From Caldilineales bacterium (GTDB taxonomy: Bacteria; Chloroflexota; Anaerolineae; J102), in assembly GCA_019695115.1 (NCBI GenBank), contig JAIBAP010000007.1:48793-112792 (forward strand): a DNA stretch of 64,000 bases, read 5' to 3'. Below, in pieces: positions 27,023 to 37,162 of the stretch. The notes below the pieces were generated by a model. It ran no database searches. It saw only the letters and a program-made list of their open reading frames with translations, and was not told the origin of the DNA. A program made the position numbers and the translations under genes. Positions within the stretch are counted from its first letter, which is position 1; every line of letters begins with the position of its first letter.

Positions 27023-29668
27023 TTAATCAATCGAAACCGGACAAACGAAGGCGCGTTCCTCGATGGCAGTCTGGCCGAGACCGGTGACCGCGAACACGCC
27101 CTTGCAGCGAATATCCTGCGAAGACGAGCCAACCATCGCTTTGAATGAACCTGATTCGACGACCAGCTTCATGCCGGCGTTGTAAAAGGCAAGTTGCGTG
27201 ACCGGCAGGTGAAAGGTCACGCGGCGGCTCTCGCCGGGGGATAGGCTAAGGCGGGCGAAGCCTTTTAGTTCTTTGATCGGCCGCGCGACGCTGGTGGATT
27301 CGCCCTGCACATACAGTTGCACGACCTCATCACCTGCCACTCCGCCCGTGTTTGTGACCATGACGGAAATGGCAAGCGTATCGTTGGCGGCGACTTCGTT
27401 TGCGGACAAAGTGAACTCGCTGTAAACAAAGCTCGAATAGCTCAGGCCGTGACCAAATGGATAAAGCGGCGCCTCGGTCATGTAGCGGTAGGTGCGGCGA
27501 TCCATGCTGTAGTCTTCGAACGGCGGCAATTGATCGACTGACTTGTAGAACGTGATCGGCAGCCGCCCGCCGGGGTTGTAATCGCCGAAGAGGACATCGG
27601 CAATGGCCGACCCTCCTTCTTCTCCCGGATACCATGCCTCCAGGATTGAGGGCACATGGGCGTCTGCCCAGTTGACGGCCAGGGCGCCGCCACCCAACAG
27701 CGCCAAGACCACCGGTTTGCCCAGGGACTGAATCTGTCGCAACAAGGCTTCTTGCGTGCTCGGCAGGGCGATGTCGGTGCGGTCGCCGCCCGCAAAGCCT
27801 TCGACGTTCACCGGCATCTCTTCGCCTTCTAGCGCCGGCGAAAGCCCCATCACCATGACTGCGACTTCGGCTTTCTCTGCTGACTGCACGGCTTCGACGG
27901 CGAGTTCCTGGCCCGGAATTGCCCACAGCAATTGCACCTGCGGATCACGGCCCTGATTGGCGTAATCGAGGCGGACATCGTACAGCCGGCCGGCCTCCAA
28001 ATCGAGTGCAACCGTGCGTGTAAAGGCATGATGTTCGTTGTCGGCAAAGGGCAGGATCTCGCGGCCATCCAACCAGAGGCCATAAGCGCTCGACCCACGC
28101 ACCCCCAGTTGGTAACGTCCTGAGACGGGCGGGATGAGCACGCCAGTCCAACAGACACGGAACGGCTGTGTGGCGCCTCCACCCAGCGGCGAGTCCAGAC
28201 GCCACATGAAATCGATGGCAGGGTCGACGCGCGTGAAGACGGCAGCGGCCCCGACGCCGGAGACGGCAAAATAGTCGCCGCGTAGCCCGGTCTGCCCTGC
28301 GCCGCCGGCCAACGCTCGCAGACAGGCAGATGGCACAACCTGAAGCGCCGGCGCCTCAGCCGCGTGATGGCAGCCCTGAGCGTAATACACCACTGTCTTC
28401 GGCGATACCTTGCGGCGAATGCCCTCCAGCGGCGTGACCGCGCTCGACGGCGTGCCGTTGTAGTTGCCCAAGAGCACGGCCAGATCGTCGGCGTTCGGCC
28501 CAATGACGGCGATGGACTTGATATCCTTTGCCAGCGGCAGCAACGGGCGCTGCGGATCGGTCGCGGGAAAAGGTTCGTTCTTGAGCAGGACGATCGATTT
28601 CCTTGCCGTCTGCAAGGCCAGGGCGCGGTGTGCGGGCGAATCATTGAGTTCGTAGGGGATGCTGGCAAAGCGAACCTGTGCTGGTGGATCGAACATGCCC
28701 AGACGGAATCGGGCCGTGAAAAGCCGCCTCACAGCCTGATCGATGGCTGCTTCGTCGATCAAGCCCTGCTCGACCGCTTCGATCAAGGACACGAAAACGC
28801 ATCCACATTCCAGGTCGCAGCCGGCCTTCACCGCCAGAGCCGCCGCCTCGGCTGGCGTTTCGACCAGCTTGTGGCCACCGAAAATGTCGTCGATGGCCCA
28901 GCAATCGGAAACCACGTGGCCATCGAAACCCCATTCCTCGCGCAAGATCTTCCCGATCAAGGTGGGACTGGCGCAACATGGCTCACCATTCACCCGGTTA
29001 TAGGCCCCCATCACCGAGACAGCCCCGCCTACCTTCACGCACGCCTCGAACGCAGGCAGGTAGGTCTCGCGCAGGTCGTGCTCGCTGACGCGTACATCGA
29101 AGTGATGGCGGATGGCTTCTGGTCCGCTGTGGGCGGCGAAGTGCTTTGGGGTCGCTGCCAGCTTGAGATAGGCCGGATCGTCGCCTTGCAAACCCTTGAT
29201 GAAAGTGATGCCCATAAGCCCGGTCAGGTAGGGATCCTCGCCGTAGGTCTCTTGGCCGCGACCCCAACGCGGGTCGCGAAAGATGTTGATGTTGGGCGAC
29301 CACAAAGTGAGGCCGGTGTAGATGTCGCGCACGCCGCGGCGCACGAACTCGTGGTGCTTGGCCCTGGCCTCATCCGAAATGGCCGTGGCAACCTCTGCCA
29401 TGAGGTCGACGTCCCACGTCGCCGCCAGGCCGATAGCCTGTGGAAACACCGTTGCCACGCCAGCGCGGGCGACGCCGTGCAAGCATTCGTTCCACCAATG
29501 GTAGGCGGGGATGCCCAGGCGCTCGAGAGCAGCGGCGCTGGAAACCATTTGTGAGACCTTCTCTTCCAGCGTCATCCTGGCGATGAGATCATCTACGCGC
29601 TCGGCAATCGGTCGAGAGACATCGAAATAGAGTGGATTGAGGGTGGTCGGCGAGCCGGTGGGGGGCAT
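27023..29668 (-). CDS. Glycoside hydrolase family 3 (beta-glucosidase/beta-xylosidase) with PA14 insertion
   Basis: N-terminal GH3 motifs (LEEKVSQMV, KHFAAHSGPE, GFDGHVVSDCWAIDD), a PA14-like insert (GDYFAVSG...) and a C-terminal GH3 domain. There is no signal peptide. Confidence 0.9.
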   Translation of the reverse strand: MPPTGSPTTLNPLYFDVSRPIAERVDDLIARMTLEEKVSQMVSSAAALERLGIPAYHWWNECLHGVARAGVATVFPQAIGLAATWDVDLMAEVATAISDEARAKHHEFVRRGVRDIYTGLTLWSPNINIFRDPRWGRGQETYGEDPYLTGLMGITFIKGLQGDDPAYLKLAATPKHFAAHSGPEAIRHHFDVRVSEHDLRETYLPAFEACVKVGGAVSVMGAYNRVNGEPCCASPTLIGKILREEWGFDGHVVSDCWAIDDIFGGHKLVETPAEAAALAVKAGCDLECGCVFVSLIEAVEQGLIDEAAIDQAVRRLFTARFRLGMFDPPAQVRFASIPYELNDSPAHRALALQTARKSIVLLKNEPFPATDPQRPLLPLAKDIKSIAVIGPNADDLAVLLGNYNGTPSSAVTPLEGIRRKVSPKTVVYYAQGCHHAAEAPALQVVPSACLRALAGGAGQTGLRGDYFAVSGVGAAAVFTRVDPAIDFMWRLDSPLGGGATQPFRVCWTGVLIPPVSGRYQLGVRGSSAYGLWLDGREILPFADNEHHAFTRTVALDLEAGRLYDVRLDYANQGRDPQVQLLWAIPGQELAVEAVQSAEKAEVAVMVMGLSPALEGEEMPVNVEGFAGGDRTDIALPSTQEALLRQIQSLGKPVVLALLGGGALAVNWADAHVPSILEAWYPGEEGGSAIADVLFGDYNPGGRLPITFYKSVDQLPPFEDYSMDRRTYRYMTEAPLYPFGHGLSYSSFVYSEFTLSANEVAANDTLAISVMVTNTGGVAGDEVVQLYVQGESTSVARPIKELKGFARLSLSPGESRRVTFHLPVTQLAFYNAGMKLVVESGSFKAMVGSSSQDIRCKGVFAVTGLGQTAIEERAFVCPVSID

Positions 29669-29673
29669 CGGTG

Positions 29674-30951
29674 CTAGTTTCCTTGAGGCGAGTAAATGCG
29701 AAAATTGCCGCTAACGTGCAGCAATGCCAACATGTACAACATCCCATCGTAGTAACGCCATCTGCCGGATGGGATCGGTGCATCCCAAAGCGCCTGCACA
29801 AATTCGGGCGCCTTGCTAGTCGTGGCAGCCAGGGCGGCGACAGCGTTCATCGCCACCAGGCCGGTCGAGCGATCCGAGGAGAGCGGCTTGCCGTCGAGCG
29901 TGTACTGGTTGACATAGCTATCGATGCCCTGACCATAGAAGAATTCGAGCAGGCGGTTACTTTGCTCGATCTGCCAGGGGTCGGCGGCAAACCAGGCATA
30001 ATCGACGGCTACATTGGCGCCGGCGCGAAAGGCGTCGAACCGAAAGTCCTCATGCTCGCCGCCCGTCGGCGCACCATCGAATTGGGCATAATCAGGCATC
30101 AAGCCCGTCTGAGGATGGGCGGCTTGCTTGAAGAACTCGCGGCTGGTATGGGCCGCCTGTTGCCAGAAATCGTTATCCTTGTCGGCCCAGCGCGCCCACA
30201 ACTCATAGTAGGCCGGCAGATGGTAGGATGGATCTGTGAAGCTCGAATTCTTGCCGATGGTGGGGACGAACACGACCTGTTTGGTCGCAGCATCGAACAT
30301 GTTCGTCGCCAGATCGCTCTTCTGCTCTTCTTTGTGCAGCATGGCGTCGAGGATGGCCTGCGCCTCGGCGCTGTAGTCGAATAGGCCTTCGCCGTTGCCC
30401 CAGCGCGCCGATGCAAACAATAGCGCCATCACAAACCATTCCTCGCCGTCTGAGGCCGGGTTGCCGTGGATTTGCTCGCCGCTCGGCTGGCAATGCCAGG
30501 CAAAATAGCCTTGATAGGGCCCGTCTTGTTGATACATGTAGGTTTTGGTCCACTTCCAGAGGCGGTCGAATTCCTCCTTTTTGTCCAATTGCACCGCGAT
30601 CATCATACCGTAGGACATTCCCTCTGAGCGCACGTCGGCGTTGCCTATGTCCATGATATAGGCCATGTCCGCGCCGACGGGGTAGTAGACGCGCTCTGTA
30701 TCGTCATTTCCGTAGAACAGCTGCTCCCAGGCGGCGCCGAGCTTGGCCTGGACTTCAGCGTCGCTCTTGTGCAACATCTCTTGGAACAAGTTGCGGTACT
30801 GGCCCGAAGTGAACGCGCCTGCCGGCGTCGGTGCAACGGTCGGCGGATAAGGGGTGGGGGAGGCCGGCGCACCTTGTGGGGGGATGCAGCCTGACAGCGC
30901 AAATGACAGAACGAGCGCGAGCAAGGTGAAACGAGTAGCGTAGTATCTCAC
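29674..30951 (-). CDS. Glycoside hydrolase family 8, Rex-type reducing-end xylose-releasing exo-oligoxylanase-like lipoprotein
   Basis: Close similarity to Bacillus halodurans Rex8A as I remember it: [16 protein letters not shown] (catalytic Glu), [22 protein letters not shown] and [19 protein letters not shown]. Lipobox LSGC, GTG start. Confidence 0.85.
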   Translation of the reverse strand: MRYYATRFTLLALVLSFALSGCIPPQGAPASPTPYPPTVAPTPAGAFTSGQYRNLFQEMLHKSDAEVQAKLGAAWEQLFYGNDDTERVYYPVGADMAYIMDIGNADVRSEGMSYGMMIAVQLDKKEEFDRLWKWTKTYMYQQDGPYQGYFAWHCQPSGEQIHGNPASDGEEWFVMALLFASARWGNGEGLFDYSAEAQAILDAMLHKEEQKSDLATNMFDAATKQVVFVPTIGKNSSFTDPSYHLPAYYELWARWADKDNDFWQQAAHTSREFFKQAAHPQTGLMPDYAQFDGAPTGGEHEDFRFDAFRAGANVAVDYAWFAADPWQIEQSNRLLEFFYGQGIDSYVNQYTLDGKPLSSDRSTGLVAMNAVAALAATTSKAPEFVQALWDAPIPSGRWRYYDGMLYMLALLHVSGNFRIYSPQGN

Positions 30952-30960
30952 AGGCAGAAC

Positions 30961-31839
30961 CTATCCCTTCACCGCGCCGGCGGTCAAACCAGCCACGATC
31001 TGCCGCTCGGCAAACAAATAGAAAATGACCGCGGGCACAGCGGACAGGGTAACGAAGGCGGCCACCAACGCCAGGTCCTGGCCGTACTGACCCTGAAACT
31101 GCATCGTTCCCAAAGGCAGCGTCCACAACGTATCCTTGTCTACAATCACCAACGGCACCAGCAAATCGTTCCAGCTGACGACCATGGTCAGAGCTGCGAC
31201 TGCAGCCAGCGCCGGCCGCGCCAATGGCAACAAAATGCGCCAGAAGAAGCCAAAAACGGTGCAGCCATCGATATAGGCCGCATCCTGCAACTCTTTTGGA
31301 ATGGCGGCAAAGAACCCGCGCAGGATCAGGATGTTGGCTGAGAGTAGAAAAGCGGTTTGCACCACGATCACGCCCCAAAGGCTGTTCAACCAGCCGATCT
31401 GTCGCAAGGCGAGGTAGACGGGCAGGATGGCGACGTTGATAGGGAACATGATGCCCACTGTGAGCACGATGAATGCCAGGCTTTTGCCCCGAAAATCCGT
31501 GCGCGCAAAGACGAAGGCAGCCAGACTGCAGATGAAGACAACGGCGATTGTGACTGCCGACATCACCACCAGGCTGTTGCGCAACATGATCCAGAATGAT
31601 CGCTGCCCCAGCACCCTGCCGTAGTTTTCCCAGTGCGGCGGAATGGGGAGGGTATAGGGTTGTGAATACATCTCTCCTCGAGTCTTCAGAGCGCCGAAGA
31701 CCAGGATTACGATGGGCACGAAGATTATCAGGACAACGATGGTGAGGATGAGGTATTGCCAGAATCTCGGCCAGAAGCGTCGCCGTTTGCCGGTGGGGTA
31801 ATAAGTGGAGGTCGTCACAGGTGTAGCCCTCTCAGGCAT
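30961..31839 (-). CDS. Carbohydrate ABC transporter permease (CUT1, MalG/AraQ-like)
   Basis: Six TM segments with an EAA-like loop (DAAYIDGCTVFGFFWRILLPLARPAL). Confidence 0.9.
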   Translation of the reverse strand: MPERATPVTTSTYYPTGKRRRFWPRFWQYLILTIVVLIIFVPIVILVFGALKTRGEMYSQPYTLPIPPHWENYGRVLGQRSFWIMLRNSLVVMSAVTIAVVFICSLAAFVFARTDFRGKSLAFIVLTVGIMFPINVAILPVYLALRQIGWLNSLWGVIVVQTAFLLSANILILRGFFAAIPKELQDAAYIDGCTVFGFFWRILLPLARPALAAVAALTMVVSWNDLLVPLVIVDKDTLWTLPLGTMQFQGQYGQDLALVAAFVTLSAVPAVIFYLFAERQIVAGLTAGAVKG

Positions 31840-32785
31840 TGGCGAGATAATCTGAACGTTGCACCAGGCGCTGGTAGATGAGCGAGAAAGTCAGGCAAAT
31901 CAAAAACATGACAATGGCCACGGCGCAACCATAACCAAACCAGAATCGCACGAAGCCGAAGCGATACATATAGGTCGCCATGACTTCACTGGCATTGACC
32001 GGCCCGCCCTTGGTCATCACCCAAATCAGGGCGAATTGCTGCAACGAGCCTACCACGGAGAGGTAAACGCAGGTGAGGATGGTGCCACTCAGCAACGGCA
32101 AGGTGATGCGGGTCAGCAACTGGCCTCCATTGGCGCCATCGATGCGAGCAGCCTCTTCGATTTCCGCCGGGATGTTTTGCAGGCCGGCCATGAACAACAG
32201 CATGTACAAGCCAAAGTATTTCCAGGTCAGCACGACGAAGACGGCTGCCAGGACGATGCTGGTGTCGCCTAACCAGGCGACGGGTTCGACGCCTGGAATG
32301 CGAACCAAGAGCGAATTGATGAAGCCTCGGTCAGGGTCGGGGTTATAGAGACTCAGCCACATGATGGCCGTGATGACCTCGGAAAAGACGTATGGCAAGA
32401 AAAAGATGATGCGGAAGAAAGCACGCCCCGGCAAATCGCGGCCCACCATCAGCGCCAGCGCCAGCGCCAATGGCAGCTGCAGTACGAGAGATAACCCCAC
32501 GAGTAAGAACCCGTTCCGCACCGACCGGAGGAAAACCTGGTCGCGTAAGATGTTCAGGTAATTGTTCAGGCCGATGAAATTCGTCGCTGCCCCCAGGCCT
32601 TTCCAGTCGAACAAGCTATAGTAAACCGATTGCAGGATCGGATAGATGACAAAGGCAAGGAAAAGTACGAATGCAGGCAAGAGGAACAGGAAGATGGTCA
32701 GATTGTCCCGGAAGCGGCGCCTGACGCCCGCTTGTTGTGGTTGCGGCGCGGCCAGGGCGCTGTGGCCAGCTAGAGTCGTTTGCAT
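31832..32785 (-). CDS. Carbohydrate ABC transporter permease (CUT1, MalF/AraP-like)
   Basis: BPD_transp_1 with EAA loop EAARIDGANGGQLLTRITLPL. The ATG is at 32783-32785 (MQTTLAG...); the track's N-terminal extension is spurious. Confidence 0.9.
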   Translation of the reverse strand: MQTTLAGHSALAAPQPQQAGVRRRFRDNLTIFLFLLPAFVLFLAFVIYPILQSVYYSLFDWKGLGAATNFIGLNNYLNILRDQVFLRSVRNGFLLVGLSLVLQLPLALALALMVGRDLPGRAFFRIIFFLPYVFSEVITAIMWLSLYNPDPDRGFINSLLVRIPGVEPVAWLGDTSIVLAAVFVVLTWKYFGLYMLLFMAGLQNIPAEIEEAARIDGANGGQLLTRITLPLLSGTILTCVYLSVVGSLQQFALIWVMTKGGPVNASEVMATYMYRFGFVRFWFGYGCAVAIVMFLICLTFSLIYQRLVQRSDYLANA

Positions 32786-32859
32786 GAGCCTTTTCCCTCT
32801 GGGGCTGTGTGATGCGTGCGGGGGTTGGAGAACCTCCAACCCCCGCACGGCTACGCGAC

Positions 32860-34206
32860 CTACTTCAATTCCGTCTTGGCCGAATCCTCGATAGCCTGGG
32901 CGGCCTGCTCAGGCGTCAGCGTGCCAGCGAAGAGACCCTGGGTGCTGTCGTTTATCACAGAACCCATCGCGGGGGGCAGCGCCTGATCGTAGTACAGTTG
33001 GAAGTACTTGGCGGCGGCAAGGCTCTTCTGGAGCGTTTGCAGCAGCGGATCGGTCAGGCCAGCCTCGCCACCCTTGACCACGGGTATGGCAACACCGATC
33101 TCGGCGAGTTGCACCTGCGATTCCGCACGCGTCAGATATTTGACGAAGTCAATGGCCTCTGGCGAAGCGTTCTTGCCAATCGCAAAGCCATTGCCGCCAC
33201 CCACCGCGTCGCCCGGATCGCCAGCGCCCCCTTCGACCATGGGGAAGGGGAACCAAGCCAGTTTATCGCCGATTCCCTGCTTGTCAGTGCTGTTGTCCTT
33301 TTCGACGGCCGGCGCCCACTGACCCATCAACTCCATGGCGGCTTTGCCGTTGCCCATGGCGGTGGCCTCATCACCGTAAGTTGCACCCAAGAAGCCGTCC
33401 TGGAACGGCTCGAGTGCCAGCATCTCCTGGAGCTTGTTGCCGGCGTCTACGAACGGCTTGTCGGTGAAGGAGCCGGTGCGCAGGAGCGCGCCCTCGAAGT
33501 TGGCCTTGCCGCCGAGTCGGGTGACAAGATACGCCCACATGTGCATACCAGGCCATTTGTCGCCCTCGCCGAGAGCGATGGGGGTGATGCCGGCGGCCTT
33601 GAGCTTTTTCACATCCTCGAGCAGCTCTGCCCAAGTGGTGGGTGGCGCCTGAATGCCGGCCTGAGCGAACAGGTCTTTGTTGTACCACCAGCCGATCATG
33701 CCCATGTCCCACGGCACACCGTAGTTCTTGTCCTTATAGGCATAGACGCCCAGAGCACCGGGTGCGAACGTGTTGCGCCAGGCGCCGCCGTCGGCATCGA
33801 GATCGGCCGTAATATCCTTCAGCAGACCGGCGTTGGCGTATTCGTTCATCACACCGCCGCCCCAGCTCTGGAAAATGTCGGGTGGATCACCGGATTGCAT
33901 GGTGGTGGTCAACTTGGTCTTGAAGGCTTCGTTCTCCAACACCGTGATCTCGACGGTTACGTTTGGGTGGGCGGCCATGTATTCATCCGCCAGCTTCTGC
34001 CAGAGCGCCTTGTGTTCGTCTGCCGTCGAGATGTGCCACCAGCGGACGGTGACTGGTTCGGCAGCTGGCGCTGCGGTGGGTTCGGCCTCGGCTGGGGCCG
34101 CGGTGGGTTCGGCGGCAGGGGCTGGCGTCGCAGGTGCTGCGCAAGCGGCCAGGACGAAGGCAAAGATCAGGATCATGCTGAGTAGTGAAAGAATCTTGCG
34201 AGACAT
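32860..34206 (-). CDS. Extracellular solute-binding protein family 1 (oligosaccharide ABC transporter SBP) lipoprotein
   Basis: MSRKILSLLSMILIFAFVLAAC lipobox followed by a PT/A-rich tether. The SBP_bac_1 fold carries a WQKLADEY..FKTKL pattern. The ATG at 34204-34206 is preceded by AAGGAG. Confidence 0.85.
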   Translation of the reverse strand: MSRKILSLLSMILIFAFVLAACAAPATPAPAAEPTAAPAEAEPTAAPAAEPVTVRWWHISTADEHKALWQKLADEYMAAHPNVTVEITVLENEAFKTKLTTTMQSGDPPDIFQSWGGGVMNEYANAGLLKDITADLDADGGAWRNTFAPGALGVYAYKDKNYGVPWDMGMIGWWYNKDLFAQAGIQAPPTTWAELLEDVKKLKAAGITPIALGEGDKWPGMHMWAYLVTRLGGKANFEGALLRTGSFTDKPFVDAGNKLQEMLALEPFQDGFLGATYGDEATAMGNGKAAMELMGQWAPAVEKDNSTDKQGIGDKLAWFPFPMVEGGAGDPGDAVGGGNGFAIGKNASPEAIDFVKYLTRAESQVQLAEIGVAIPVVKGGEAGLTDPLLQTLQKSLAAAKYFQLYYDQALPPAMGSVINDSTQGLFAGTLTPEQAAQAIEDSAKTELK

Positions 34207-34224
34207 GGTGTTTCTCCTTTGATG

Positions 34225-34350
34225 AGCTAAGTGGATGAGATAAGTGTTCACGTTAGAGGTGCGACGGACTTCGGGAACGCGAATGACCCGGAGTTCCAGC
34301 ACAATGCAGGTCATCAAGTCGCTCAAAGTGCGTCGCACCTGAACTGATAC
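34225..34350. repeat. MITE/REP-like palindromic element, long form, copy 3
   Basis: agctaagtg...taagtgttcacgttagaggtgcgacggac ... gcaggtcatcaagtcgctcaaagtgcgtcgcacctgaactgatac. It shares flanking blocks with copy 4 and lies in the promoter region of the oligosaccharide ABC operon. Confidence 0.8.
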
Positions 34351-34436
34351 GGGATGGGCAATGTAGGTTGACGAGCGAAGGCTTGGATGATTGAATCTTG
34401 ATCCTCCTTGTTCTAGGCTATCGGTCAGGCTCAATG

Positions 34437-35456
34437 TCAGACAGCGGCGCTGAATTCTCTGCATGAACCCCGAACAATCAACTTTGTCGGCATTTTTGCA
34501 ATCTTTTCCTCCAATTTCTGGCCGTCAATCAGAGAGAAAAGCATCTTTGTCGCAGTGAAGGCCATCTTGGCTACGAACTGATCCACGGTTGTCAAGTCAA
34601 AATATGCAGCCTCTGGGATATTATCGAAGCCAACAACCGACAAATCATCTGGTATCTTCAGACCCATCTTATTCGCTACCTGAATGACGCCAATCGCCGA
34701 TTGGTCGTTGGCGGCGAAAATCGCTGTCGGTCGATCGACCCGTTCCAACAAACTTCGTGCACAGCGGGCGGCGGTTTCGGTCGTATAGTCTCCGGCTGCG
34801 ATAAGCGATTCATCGATGGCGACGCCAGCCTGGTCGAGCGCTGCCCGATAGCCCATCAATCGGCGAACGGAGCTTTGCAGTTCCGGTCGTCCCGAAATGT
34901 GGCCGATGCGGCGATGGCCCAATTGCAGCAAGTAGTGCATAGCGTCCAAGGCGCCTTGATAATTGGTGGCATGAATCGAGGGGTAACTCGGATCGATCAT
35001 GGCCGGGTCGATCGATACGAGGGGGGCATCGGTCGTGAACTCGGCCGCGACGGGAGCGACAACGATCACGCCGTCGGTAATCGAGTTGTTTAGCAAGGTG
35101 ACATATTTCTGTTGGTGCAAGGCAGTTTCGTATTTGCGTACGTCGCCTGTGGTGTAGATGAGCAGATCCGACTCAGAAGCTGCAACCGCCTCGTTGACCC
35201 CCTTCATCACTTCGATGGCAAAAGGATAGGCGACATCGGGCATGATCAAGCCGATCAAATTCGTCTTGCTACCGCGCATGCTTCTGGCCGCCAGGTTGGT
35301 GGTATAGCCGAGTTGGTCGATGATGTCTTGGACCTTCTCTTGTGTGTCTACGGCCACATCGACCTTGCCGTTCAAGACGCGCGAGACGGTGGAGACAGAT
35401 ACTCCCGCCGCCTTGGCGACATCCAGGATGGTGACTGCGCTTCTTTTGCGTCGCAT
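34437..35456 (-). CDS. LacI-family transcriptional regulator
   Basis: N-terminal HTH (TILDVAKAAGVSVSTVSRVLNG) and a periplasmic-binding-like effector domain. A perfect 35-bp palindrome lies upstream. Confidence 0.9.
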   Translation of the reverse strand: MRRKRSAVTILDVAKAAGVSVSTVSRVLNGKVDVAVDTQEKVQDIIDQLGYTTNLAARSMRGSKTNLIGLIMPDVAYPFAIEVMKGVNEAVAASESDLLIYTTGDVRKYETALHQQKYVTLLNNSITDGVIVVAPVAAEFTTDAPLVSIDPAMIDPSYPSIHATNYQGALDAMHYLLQLGHRRIGHISGRPELQSSVRRLMGYRAALDQAGVAIDESLIAAGDYTTETAARCARSLLERVDRPTAIFAANDQSAIGVIQVANKMGLKIPDDLSVVGFDNIPEAAYFDLTTVDQFVAKMAFTATKMLFSLIDGQKLEEKIAKMPTKLIVRGSCREFSAAV

Positions 35457-35483
35457 GGTGTTCCCAAAAGACTAGATCGGGAC

Positions 35484-35518
35484 GATATCGTTGCCGGTAA
35501 CGTTACCGGCAACGATAT
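35484..35518. promoter_or_regulatory. LacI-family operator-like perfect palindrome upstream of the LacI gene
   Basis: GATATCGTTGCCGGTAACG|TTACCGGCAACGATAT with 17/18 matching arms and a central CG, as in LacI/CcpA-type operators. It starts 28 nt upstream of the LacI start codon. Confidence 0.6.
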
Positions 35519-35680
35519 TCGCACACATTTCTGCGAAAGTCAAATCGCGTAATCAGCCGATCAGACAATCAGCCCCTGTCTTGGTTGCAGCCCTCACCCG
35601 CGATGCTATTCGGCGCACCCGCAGCAGAACCCCACAAAATCTGCTGCTGCGCATATCATGCGCGCTCGCCAACGCCTAGT

Positions 35681-37144
35681 CTACCTTCTCTGACCCGGTC
35701 TGCCGCGACCACGGCTGCGACGCCGCCCGCCATCGCTGTGATTCGAGGCCGCAGCCGGGGCTGCAGCGGCCATCGCCGGCGGTTGCGCCACCGGCGCGTG
35801 CAGCAATTGCTGGTAATAGTCGTCCAGCAGCATGGCCATGATGGCCGATTCTTCTTCGTTTTCGGCCAGACTGCGGGCCAGGGGGATGAAGCGCAGGCTG
35901 CGCTCGGCCTGGAGTTTGTCGCGGTCGCGCAAGCGCGCTTCCAGATGGGCGATCAGGCGTTCGGTCACCACCGCTTCGACATCGGCATCGGTGGGAAGGG
36001 GGCGCTCGATCAGGTCGATCTCGTAGCGGCGGGCGATGCGGTCGAGGGCGTTTTTTTCCAGGATGCTGATCAGCGAGATGGCCACGCCTGCCGCCCCGGC
36101 CCGGCCGGTGCGCCCGGCGCGGTGGATGTAGGCTTCGATGTCTTCCGGCGCCTCGTACTGGATGACGTGCGACAGTTCGGGAATGTCCAGCCCGCGGGCG
36201 GCGACATCGGTGGCCACCAGGAAGCGCAGGCTGCCCTGGCGGACGCGGTCGAGCACGCGCTCGCGGTCTTTCTGGGCCAGGTCGGCGCTCAGTTCGTCGG
36301 CGTCGTAGCCGAATCGCTGCAAGACGACGGTGACATAGTGGACATGCTGGCGGGTGTTGCAGAAGATGATGGCCGAGGCGGGATTTTCGACTTCGATGAT
36401 GCGCACCAGGCTGCGGTCTTTGTCCATGGCCGGGGCCAGGTAGTAGACGTGCTCGGTGTCAGTGACATGGACATGGTCGTGGCTGAGCGAGAGGAAGTCG
36501 GGCGCGGTCATGAATTCGGCCGCCGTGCGCATGACGTAGGAGGGGAAGGTGGCCGAGAACATGCAGGTGTGGACGCGGCGGTTGGGCAGGTTGCGCCGGA
36601 CGCGCACCATGTCGGGGTAGAAGCCCATCGACAACATGCGGTCGGCCTCGTCCAGGACCAGGGTGCGCAGGTGTTCGAGTGTGAGTGAACGGCGCAAGAG
36701 GTGGTCGAGGACGCGACCGGGGGTGCCGACGACGATGTGAGCGCCCTGCTGCAGCGCCTGCGTTTGCGGGCCGTAGCCGACGCCGCCGTAGACGGCGACG
36801 GTGCTAAACCCGGCCGGTGCGCACAATGTCTCGGCCTCGCGCCAGACCTGGTAGGCCAGCTCGCGGGTGGGGGTCAGGATCAGCGCCTGGCAGACAGGGC
36901 GGCTGGGGTCCAGCCGCTCGATCAGGGGCAGCAGGTAGGCGCCGGTCTTGCCGCTGCCGGTGCGGGCCTGGATCATCATGTCACGGCCGGCCAGCAGATA
37001 GGGGATGGCCCTGGCCTGAACGGGCATGAGATCAGTCCAGCCGGCGCGGGCGCAGGCGGCGCTCATGGCCGGGGTCAGGTCACCAAAGGCCAGGTCGGGC
37101 AGTGGGTTGTGGGGTTCGGTGGGGATTGGGCTGGGATCGGTCAT
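35681..37144 (-). CDS. DEAD-box ATP-dependent RNA helicase
   Basis: Q-motif, Walker A TGSGKT, DEAD (VLDEADRM), SAT, HRAGRTGRAG and an RG-rich C-terminal tail. Confidence 0.9.
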   Translation of the reverse strand: MTDPSPIPTEPHNPLPDLAFGDLTPAMSAACARAGWTDLMPVQARAIPYLLAGRDMMIQARTGSGKTGAYLLPLIERLDPSRPVCQALILTPTRELAYQVWREAETLCAPAGFSTVAVYGGVGYGPQTQALQQGAHIVVGTPGRVLDHLLRRSLTLEHLRTLVLDEADRMLSMGFYPDMVRVRRNLPNRRVHTCMFSATFPSYVMRTAAEFMTAPDFLSLSHDHVHVTDTEHVYYLAPAMDKDRSLVRIIEVENPASAIIFCNTRQHVHYVTVVLQRFGYDADELSADLAQKDRERVLDRVRQGSLRFLVATDVAARGLDIPELSHVIQYEAPEDIEAYIHRAGRTGRAGAAGVAISLISILEKNALDRIARRYEIDLIERPLPTDADVEAVVTERLIAHLEARLRDRDKLQAERSLRFIPLARSLAENEEESAIMAMLLDDYYQQLLHAPVAQPPAMAAAAPAAASNHSDGGRRRSRGRGRPGQRR

Positions 37145-37162
37145 GGTCTTTTCGTTGGCTAC

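Noticed and set aside
32809-34185. 458-aa plus-strand ORF opposite the family-1 SBP gene, and similar long antisense ORFs (35585..36688, 36701..37873, 39322..40515, 41295..42446, 49813..51543, 58005..59450)
   Set aside because: Each overlaps a confidently identified gene on the other strand (SBP, DEAD helicase, LysM, GT-C paralogs, pyrG, dnaG). The sequences are low-complexity Gly/Arg/Ala-rich with no recognisable domains.
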